Part shown: positions 1-5,454 of the stretch, piece by piece
Numbering within the stretch: position 1 is the first letter of the stretch
Layout of the letters: each line of letters opens with the position of its first letter
DNA from: Aggregatilineaceae bacterium
GTDB lineage: Bacteria > Chloroflexota > Anaerolineae > Aggregatilineales > Aggregatilineaceae
Direction of reading: 5' to 3'
Length of the DNA stretch: 10,490 nucleotides
Assembly (NCBI GenBank): GCA_036260665.1
Contig: DATAMF010000008.1
Coordinates: 1-10,490 of the forward strand
Translations under genes and position numbers: made by a program
The notes under the pieces: model-generated
What the model was told of the DNA's origin: nothing
The model's input: only the letters and a program-made list of their open reading frames with translations
Databases searched by the model: none

Positions 1-1917
1 ATTCCGGCACTGTATTGGGCGGTCCAGAATAATGAGCGTGTGGTCATCAGCACGGCGACGATTAATCTGCAAGATCAGTTGATCGACAAAGATTTGCCGC
101 TGCTGCGGGATGCGCTGGGCGTCGATTTCCGCGCGGCGGTGGTCAAGGGCCGCAGCAATTATCTGTGCCCGCGCCGTCTGATGACGCTGCGCCGCCGGGG
201 ACCGACTTCGGTGGCTGAACTGCGCGTACTCTCGAAGATTCTGGTCTGGCTGCTCGAATCGGACAGCGGCGACAAGGGCGAGATTTCGCTGCGCGGTTTT
301 GAGGAGAACGCCATCTGGGGGCGGTTGAGTTCGGCGGACGAAGGCTGTACGCTGGATCGCTGCGATGGGCAGATGCACGGCGCGTGCCCGTTTTACAAAG
401 CGCGCCGCGAAGCTGAATCGGCGCATATTCTGATCGTCAACCATGCGCTGCTGCTGTCCGATGTCCAGGTGGGAAGCCGCGTACTGCCCGAATACAACTA
501 TCTGATTGTGGACGAAGCGCATCACCTGGAAGAAGCCACGACGAACGGGCTGTCGTTCCAGATCAGTCAGGCCACGTTGCAGCGCCAACTGGAAGACCTG
601 GGTTCGCCCAATACCGGGCTGTTAGGCGACGTGATCCGCAGCACACGCGGCAGCATCCCGCCGCAGTATTACAAGCAGATCGATAATTATGTGCATACGG
701 TCAGCGACGCCCTGCGGGTGATGGGCGCGCATGTCGAGCGCTATTTTGAAACGCTCTACTATTTTCTGGACAACAGCGGCGAACTGCGCCCCGGCGAATA
801 TATGAATCAGGTGCGCATCACGCCCCAACTGCGCCAGCGTACCGAGTGGGCGCATGTCGAGGAAGTCTGGGAAGTCTTGAGCCAGTTCACCCAGGCGATT
901 TCGAGCGCGATTGATCGGCTGGCGCGCGGGTTGGCGAATCTGACCGAGTTCGACATTCTGGATTACGACGATCTGATGTCCAGCGTGGGGGCGGCGGCGC
1001 GTAATCTGGCGTCGATGCATCTCCAGTTGGGCGCGTTCAGCGTCGCACCCCAGGATAATATGATTTACTGGGTGCAGTTGGGTGAGGATCGCCAGCGTTT
1101 ATCGGTGCATGCCGCCCCGCTGCATGTCGGCCCGCTGCTCGAAGAATACCTGTGGCAGGCTAAAAATGCGGTGGTCCTCACCAGCGCGACGCTGCGCACG
1201 GCGGGCACGTTTGAATATATGCGGGATCGCCTGAATACCGAAAATGTGCGCGAAATGGTCGTGGGTTCGCCCTTCGATTACAAAAACACGACGCTGGTGT
1301 ATATTCCCACCGATATGCCCAGCCCCGATCAGCGCGATAATTACCAGCGTTTTATCGAGCGTGGCCTGATCGAACTCGCGGCGGCGACCAATGGCCGTCT
1401 GCTGGGCCTTTTCACCAGTTATGCCCAGCTTCGCCAGACCTCCCAGGCGATCACGCCCCGGCTGGCGTTGGGCGATATTACGGTTTTTGATCAAAGCGAC
1501 GGCACCAGCCGCCAGAGCCTGCTCGAAGGCTTCAAAAACACCGAAAGATCCGTCCTGCTCGGCACGCGCTCGTTCTGGGAAGGCGTTGATATTCCCGGCA
1601 ACGATCTCAGCGTGCTGGTGATCGTGCGTCTGCCGTTTTCCGTGCCCACCGATCCGATCTTCGCGGCCCGCTGCGAATTGTATCAGAACAGCTTTTTGCA
1701 GTATTCCGTGCCCGATGCGATTCTGCGCTTCCGGCAGGGTTTCGGGCGGCTGATCCGCACGCGGCAGGATCGCGGCGTGGTGGCCCTGTTCGATAACCGG
1801 GTGATCACCAAACGGTACGGCCAGTCGTTTCTGGACAGCCTGCCGGACTGCACGGTGCGGCGCGGGCCATTAGCCGATCTGCCGCGCGCCGCTGCCGAGT
1901 GGATCACAATGGAATAG
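1..1917 (+). CDS. dinG: ATP-dependent DNA helicase, DinG/XPD (Rad3-like) family with Fe-S cluster domain. 5'-partial: the reading frame is open from base 1.
   Basis: Frame 1 is open from position 1 to TAG at 1915-1917, so the N-terminus lies outside the window. There is a DEAH box (LIVDEAHHLEE). There is also a four-cysteine cluster typical of the XPD/DinG Fe-S domain (C..CTLDRCDGQMHGACPF). The C-terminal helicase motif is present (LLGTRSFWEGVDIPGNDLSVLVIVRLPF). Confidence 0.8.
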   Translation: MPALYWAVQNNERVVISTATINLQDQLIDKDLPLLRDALGVDFRAAVVKGRSNYLCPRRLMTLRRRGPTSVAELRVLSKILVWLLESDSGDKGEISLRGFEENAIWGRLSSADEGCTLDRCDGQMHGACPFYKARREAESAHILIVNHALLLSDVQVGSRVLPEYNYLIVDEAHHLEEATTNGLSFQISQATLQRQLEDLGSPNTGLLGDVIRSTRGSIPPQYYKQIDNYVHTVSDALRVMGAHVERYFETLYYFLDNSGELRPGEYMNQVRITPQLRQRTEWAHVEEVWEVLSQFTQAISSAIDRLARGLANLTEFDILDYDDLMSSVGAAARNLASMHLQLGAFSVAPQDNMIYWVQLGEDRQRLSVHAAPLHVGPLLEEYLWQAKNAVVLTSATLRTAGTFEYMRDRLNTENVREMVVGSPFDYKNTTLVYIPTDMPSPDQRDNYQRFIERGLIELAAATNGRLLGLFTSYAQLRQTSQAITPRLALGDITVFDQSDGTSRQSLLEGFKNTERSVLLGTRSFWEGVDIPGNDLSVLVIVRLPFSVPTDPIFAARCELYQNSFLQYSVPDAILRFRQGFGRLIRTRQDRGVVALFDNRVITKRYGQSFLDSLPDCTVRRGPLADLPRAAAEWITME

Positions 1918-1922
1918 ACCGC

Positions 1923-2321
1923 CTATTCCGCGAGCGAGTCGTCGGATGACTTGGCCGGGCGAAGGCGTTCTTCTTCGCGCAGTTTCTGGAACTCATCTTT
2001 CAGAACTGCAATATCTTGGTCCGGCGAGTCTTCCAGATCGATGATCGCATTGCGGGCGCTGGATAGGCTGCGAATCAGTTCATCCAGTTTGAGATGCATG
2101 GCGCGGGCGTCACGGTTTTGGGTGTTCTGGATCAGGAACACCATCAGAAACGTGACAACGGTGGTCGCCGTGTTGATCACCAACTGCCAGGTGTCAGAGA
2201 AATTAAACAGCGGGCCGGTGATGCCCCACATCAGGATCACCAGCACGGCAATCAGAAACGCCCAGGGTGATCCCACTGCCTGGGCGGTTCGCTGCGAAAA
2301 TTTACGAAAGAACTCGCGCAT
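1923..2321 (-). CDS. Small two-TM membrane protein resembling the low-affinity iron permease (Fet4-like, PF04120) family; hypothetical.
   Basis: 132-aa ORF with a GAGGAG ribosome binding site 9 nt upstream of ATG 2321. Two hydrophobic helices (WAFLIAVLVILMWGITGPLF; VINTATTVVTFLMVFLIQNTQNRD) are followed by a charged coiled C-terminus. The FLIQNTQNRD motif is as I recall it for PF04120 bacterial members. It is convergent with dinG, with stop codons 5 bp apart. Confidence 0.5.
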   Translation of the reverse strand: MREFFRKFSQRTAQAVGSPWAFLIAVLVILMWGITGPLFNFSDTWQLVINTATTVVTFLMVFLIQNTQNRDARAMHLKLDELIRSLSSARNAIIDLEDSPDQDIAVLKDEFQKLREEERLRPAKSSDDSLAE

Positions 2322-2398
2322 CCACCATCACTCCTCAGTTCATCTTGCCTGCCAAGAGTATAGGTACGAGGCGCGCGCAACTGCCAAACGAAAAACTA

Positions 2399-2427
2399 TT
2401 CTAACCCCGTATGGAATCTGGTATAAT
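2399..2427 (+). promoter_or_regulatory. Putative sigma70-type promoter for efp with an extended -10 element (TGgTATAAT).
   Basis: TGGTATAAT lies at 2419-2427, with a weak -35 (ttctaa) 17 bp upstream. The predicted transcription start is around 2434, about 40 nt upstream of the efp ATG. Confidence 0.4.
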
Positions 2428-2473
2428 CCCCCCCGCTCAGATTTAAGATTCTAGACAAGGGACAGCAAGCTCC

Positions 2474-3031
2474 ATGATCGATGTAAACCAACTTCGCAAG
2501 GGCACCAACTTCACCAAAGAAGGTGAAATTTATAAGGTACTCGATTACAGCCACATGAAGACCGGGCGCGGCAACGCGTCGATCCGTGTGACGGTCCGCA
2601 ATCTGCGCAGTGGATCGCAGTTTGAAATGACCTTCCAATCGGGTGATCGTGTTCAGGATATTCGGATTGAAACCGTTGCCGTGGAATATCTGTACTCCGA
2701 CGGGGAATTCCTGACCTTTATGGATACTGAAACGTTTGAACAGCCGCAGCTTCGCCAGGACTTGTTTGGCGAGGATTTCCTTTTTTTGAAGGAAAATATG
2801 GGACTGAAACTGCTTCAGTATGACAACGAAATTCTCGACTACGAACTGCCGACTACCGTTGATTATAAAGTGACCGATGCCGAAATCGCTGTGGCAGGGG
2901 ATACCGCGACGGGTGCAACGAAAAAGGTGACTACCGAAACCGGACTCCATGTGACGGTACCGTTATTTGTCAAAGTGGGGGATACCATTCGCGTAGACAC
3001 CCGTGATAAATCGTATGTCACCCGCGTTTAA
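2474..3031 (+). CDS. efp: Translation elongation factor P (EF-P), Arg32 loop type.
   Basis: 185 aa with a typical EF-P three-domain length and sequence (LRKGTNF..GEIYKV..Y.H.K.GRG.A..R; C-terminal KVGDTIRVDTRDKSYVTRV). The loop-tip residue is Arg (KTGRGNA, codon CGC at 2567-2569). This resembles Thermus EF-P (KLGRGGA) rather than the KPGKG of E. coli or B. subtilis. Confidence 0.95.
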   Translation: MIDVNQLRKGTNFTKEGEIYKVLDYSHMKTGRGNASIRVTVRNLRSGSQFEMTFQSGDRVQDIRIETVAVEYLYSDGEFLTFMDTETFEQPQLRQDLFGEDFLFLKENMGLKLLQYDNEILDYELPTTVDYKVTDAEIAVAGDTATGATKKVTTETGLHVTVPLFVKVGDTIRVDTRDKSYVTRV

Positions 3032-3062
3032 CGCCTGAGACAACAGCAAAGGCCGGACTCCC

Positions 3063-3096
3063 CGCAAGCCCGGCTCTTGCGTTGTTTGGGTTTGTT
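3063..3096 (+). terminator. Intrinsic terminator of efp.
   Basis: Stem CGCAAG (3063-3068), loop CCCGGCT, stem CTTGCG (3076-3081), followed by the T-rich GTTGTTTGGGTTTGTT. It lies 32 bp after the efp stop. Confidence 0.6.
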
Positions 3097-3119
3097 AGGC
3101 CCATCCAAGAAAACAATTC

Positions 3120-3162
3120 CCCACATTCTGTGGGTTTGACTCCCCTTCTCTTAGGGAAGGGG
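3120..3162 (-). terminator. Tandem hairpins downstream of the minus-strand hypothetical gene; putative terminator.
   Basis: Hairpin 1 is CCCCTTC-tcttagg-GAAGGGG (3142-3162). Hairpin 2 is CCCACA-ttc-TGTGGG (3120-3134). On the minus strand, hairpin 2 is followed by GAATTGTTTTCTTGG, which is U-rich. The region lies 40-80 bp past the TAA at 3200-3202. Confidence 0.35.
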
Positions 3163-3199
3163 CAAGGGGGGATGGGGTAAAGAAAATAGTGGCGCAGCC

Positions 3200-3691
3200 T
3201 TAGCCCGCGTCGAGTCCGAACTCGACCAACTGCACTGCCGCGTCCTGGAAAGTTCCCTGGAGTGCGGTGCCGCGCAGCGCTTTGGCCGCCAGATAAAATT
3301 CCAGCCCCGCTGTGATGTAGTCGATGGGGCGCGGTTCGCCCGGATCAGGATCATCATCGCCACCCGGCTTTGGGATCGGGAATTTGGGCCAACGATTGCC
3401 GCAGAAATCGTCTACGTACTGCTTGACCGCCATCTCAATCCCGCGTGCATTTTCGGCGTTGCCCTGCATCGTTTCGATCTGGTGTGCCAGCACCGCGACC
3501 CGCACAAACTTCCGCGTCATCACTTTGGCCAGTTTGTCACGCATGATCGGACCACCGGGGCCAAACGGTCCAAACGGATCATCTGGATCGCCGGGGTCAT
3601 CGGGGTTGGGAATACTCCCATTACTGCCCGCAACGGTCGCCAAAACTTCCATAAAATACCGGGCATGAACTGCCACCTTTTCCTGGATCAT
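3200..3691 (-). CDS. Hypothetical cytoplasmic protein with two Pro/Asp/Gly-rich acidic loops; no family recognised.
   Basis: 163-aa ORF with a good ribosome binding site (AAGGAG, then 8 nt, then ATG at 3691). It carries an internally duplicated motif (PDDPGDPDDPFGPFGPGGP and PKPGGDDDPDPGEPRP), each followed by a short helix-like segment. There is no signal peptide or TM segment. Confidence 0.6.
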   Translation of the reverse strand: MIQEKVAVHARYFMEVLATVAGSNGSIPNPDDPGDPDDPFGPFGPGGPIMRDKLAKVMTRKFVRVAVLAHQIETMQGNAENARGIEMAVKQYVDDFCGNRWPKFPIPKPGGDDDPDPGEPRPIDYITAGLEFYLAAKALRGTALQGTFQDAAVQLVEFGLDAG

Positions 3692-3721
3692 CGTTTCTGC
3701 TCCTTATGCATAGACTTCTAC

Positions 3722-3747
3722 ATCGAATAAATGCAGCGCCATTCGAT
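3722..3747. promoter_or_regulatory. Perfect 7-bp inverted repeat ATCGAAT-N12-ATTCGAT in the divergent promoter region; candidate operator.
   Basis: It sits between divergent genes (minus gene start 3691; plus gene start 3819). It overlaps a possible minus-strand extended -10 (TGtGATAAA) and lies about 15 bp upstream of the plus-strand -35. Confidence 0.3.
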
Positions 3748-3761
3748 TTATCACAGAAAAT

Positions 3762-3790
3762 TTGGCGCAGGCCGGGCATTGGCATACACT
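3762..3790 (+). promoter_or_regulatory. Putative promoter for the Cys-rich gene / HAD-DinB operon (TTGGCG-17-TACACT).
   Basis: -35 TTGGCG at 3762-3767, 17-bp spacer, -10 TACACT at 3785-3790. The predicted start site is around 3797, giving a leader of roughly 20 nt that carries AAGGAGAAGGA. Confidence 0.35.
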
Positions 3791-3818
3791 CGACATGGAT
3801 AAGGAGAAGGAACCCATT

Positions 3819-4175
3819 ATGCGAACTCCAGCGGGCAAGGAATGCCCTTATTATTATGCGGACTTTCACCGGGGCCGGAACACTCAGGAGTGCCGTCTGG
3901 TGGAAGCTAACCCCGATTCGGCTGCCTGGCGGCCCAAAGATTGTGAAAACTGCCCGGTGCCGGAGATTCTCCAGGCGAATGCCAGTGAAAATATGCGCCT
4001 GAAATTGACGATCCGCTCGGCGTTGTTGGGTTTTGTGCGCCAGAAGAAAGTTGAAGCGTGGTGCGAAAAACACGAGATTCCGATTGAGAATCCCTACGTG
4101 GGCTGTCCGAAATGTTCGGACGATAACCCGGCCCTGCAATTGTTCCGCGATGCGCTGGAAAACAACCATGATTAA
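3819..4175 (+). CDS. Small Cys-rich protein (118 aa), putative zinc-ribbon/zinc-knuckle protein; hypothetical.
   Basis: ATG 3819 is preceded by AAGGAGAAGGA with a 7-nt spacer. The ORF-track start at 3762 overlaps the predicted promoter, so I reject it. There are seven Cys. C9/C25/C42/C45 (C-x15-C...C-x2-C) and C82-x2-H85...C96-x2-C99 look like two metal-binding knuckles. The stop TAA at 4173-4175 overlaps the next gene's ATG at 4168 (ATGATTAA). Confidence 0.6.
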   Translation: MRTPAGKECPYYYADFHRGRNTQECRLVEANPDSAAWRPKDCENCPVPEILQANASENMRLKLTIRSALLGFVRQKKVEAWCEKHEIPIENPYVGCPKCSDDNPALQLFRDALENNHD

Positions 4176-5361
4176 AGCGGTGCTGCTCGATCTCGATGAT
4201 ACCCTGCTGGGCAATCCCACGCAGCGTTTTGTCGAAAACTATATTGGCTCACTGGATCGGTTTATCCGCGAACGGCTGGGTGTGCCAGACATCAGCCGCC
4301 CGCTGCTCACCGGAATCCGGCAGGTGGTCAGCAATCTGGATCCCACGCGTACCAACTGGGATGTGTTTTTTGAGACATTCGCGCCGCTGCTCCCCGTGGA
4401 ACGGGCCGCTTTTGACGAGGCCGTAGACGAGTTTTATCACACGACCTATCTCGAGCTGCGTGCCGGAACGGACATGCGAGCCTGGGCGCGTCCGCTCGTG
4501 GATCGCTTGGCGGCACAGGGTTATCAGGTGGTGGTGGCGACGAATCCCTTTTTCCCGCGCGTTGCTATCGAACACCGCATGGATTGGGCGGGCGTGGGTG
4601 ATTTCTCCTTTGGGTGGGTGACGACCCTGGAAAACATGCACTTCTCGAAGCCAAACCCGCAATATTACGAAGAAATACTGGCACGTATCGGTGTTCCGGC
4701 CAGCGAAGCGCTGATGGTGGGCGACGATTGGGCGAATGACATCGTTCCGGCGTGGCGCGCCGGACTCAATACTTATTGGGTGTGCGCGGATGATGCACAA
4801 GGTCCGCCCGATCCGGCGGTCCGCCCGGATGGATACGGTTCGCCGGATGAATTCGCGCGGTTGGTGATGGAAGATGGCTGGCTGGACACGCTCACCCCGC
4901 GCCCTCTGGCCCCTGAACAGATCGTGCCGCGTTTGTTGGGCACGCTGGCCGCGCTGTTGGGTGTCGCGCGTGAGGTGCCTGCCTCCTGCTGGCATCAGCA
5001 TCCAGCGGCGGGGGAGTGGTCCCCGGCTGAAGTGATTTGTCACCTGTTCGCCACCGAGCAGGTGATGCAGCGCCCTCGGCTGGAGATGATTATCCGTGAA
5101 GATGATCCACTCCTGGAGTCGCGTCCCGGCCTGCTGCTGGATACCTGCCCGTCCGACGGTTGGCAGCTTGCGCTGGATTTTGCCGCCGAACGGCTGTTGA
5201 CTCTCGAATTTTTCGCGGGTTTAGACGCCTCGGCCTGGAATCGTCCGGCGCGGCACCCCCGGCTTGGCCCAACCACGCTGCTCGGTTTGGCTGATTTGAT
5301 CGCCGGACATGACCGGATACACATCCACCAACTGATTCAAACCATCCAGCGATGTGTTTAG
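4168..5361 (+). CDS. HAD-superfamily hydrolase (subfamily IA) fused to a C-terminal DinB_2/YfiT-like metal-dependent four-helix-bundle domain.
   Basis: HAD motif I is LLDLDDTL at the N-terminus. Motif II is VVATN, motif III is SKPNP, and motif IV is GDDWANDI. The C-terminal ~150 aa (WSPAEVICHL...E...HDRIHIHQL) carries the His/Glu pattern of DinB_2-type domains. I chose ATG 4168 (MIKAVLLDLDDTL) over the track's 4033 because of the HAD N-terminus and the coupling to the upstream gene. Confidence 0.8.
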   Translation: MIKAVLLDLDDTLLGNPTQRFVENYIGSLDRFIRERLGVPDISRPLLTGIRQVVSNLDPTRTNWDVFFETFAPLLPVERAAFDEAVDEFYHTTYLELRAGTDMRAWARPLVDRLAAQGYQVVVATNPFFPRVAIEHRMDWAGVGDFSFGWVTTLENMHFSKPNPQYYEEILARIGVPASEALMVGDDWANDIVPAWRAGLNTYWVCADDAQGPPDPAVRPDGYGSPDEFARLVMEDGWLDTLTPRPLAPEQIVPRLLGTLAALLGVAREVPASCWHQHPAAGEWSPAEVICHLFATEQVMQRPRLEMIIREDDPLLESRPGLLLDTCPSDGWQLALDFAAERLLTLEFFAGLDASAWNRPARHPRLGPTTLLGLADLIAGHDRIHIHQLIQTIQRCV

Positions 5362-5369
5362 GCGATGAG

Positions 5370-5410
5370 TGTCAGCCGGATGTCAGATGGCTGACAGTGA
5401 TTTGATTTCA
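5370..5410 (+). terminator. Hairpin (putative terminator) after the HAD-DinB gene.
   Basis: Perfect 8-bp stem TGTCAGCC (5370-5377) with GGCTGACA (5389-5396) and an 11-nt loop, followed by GTGATTTGATTTC, which is moderately U-rich. It lies 9 bp after stop TAG 5359-5361. Confidence 0.45.
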
Positions 5411-5454
5411 GATAGGCGTATCATTAGGATGCGTCTATTTTTCAGGAGTCTGCT

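Noticed and set aside
2428-2434. C7 homopolymer at the predicted efp transcription start, a possible slippage or phase-variation tract.
   Set aside because: Seven residues is short for phase variation. It is non-coding, and at most it might cause reiterative transcription.
3560-3577. Tandem 9-bp DNA repeat (g/t)CCAAACGG x2.
   Set aside because: It lies inside the minus-strand coding sequence and simply encodes the FGPFGP dipeptide repeat. It is not a CRISPR or a structural repeat.
3762-3818. ORF-track start (TTG 3762) and the ATG at 3795 for the Cys-rich gene.
   Set aside because: Both would overlap the predicted TTGGCG-17-TACACT promoter and start-site window. ATG 3819 has an AGGA ribosome binding site at ideal spacing.
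4033-4167. ORF-track start at 4033 for the HAD gene.
   Set aside because: That stretch overlaps the Cys-rich gene in another frame and would precede the HAD motif I (DLDDTL) by ~45 residues. ATG 4168, coupled to the upstream stop (ATGATTAA), gives the canonical HAD N-terminus.
4249-5043. 264-aa minus-strand ORF inside the HAD-DinB gene (plus 622-1020 and 1099-1494 minus ORFs inside dinG).
   Set aside because: Antisense to genes with strong motif support. Arg-rich composition. No ribosome binding site.
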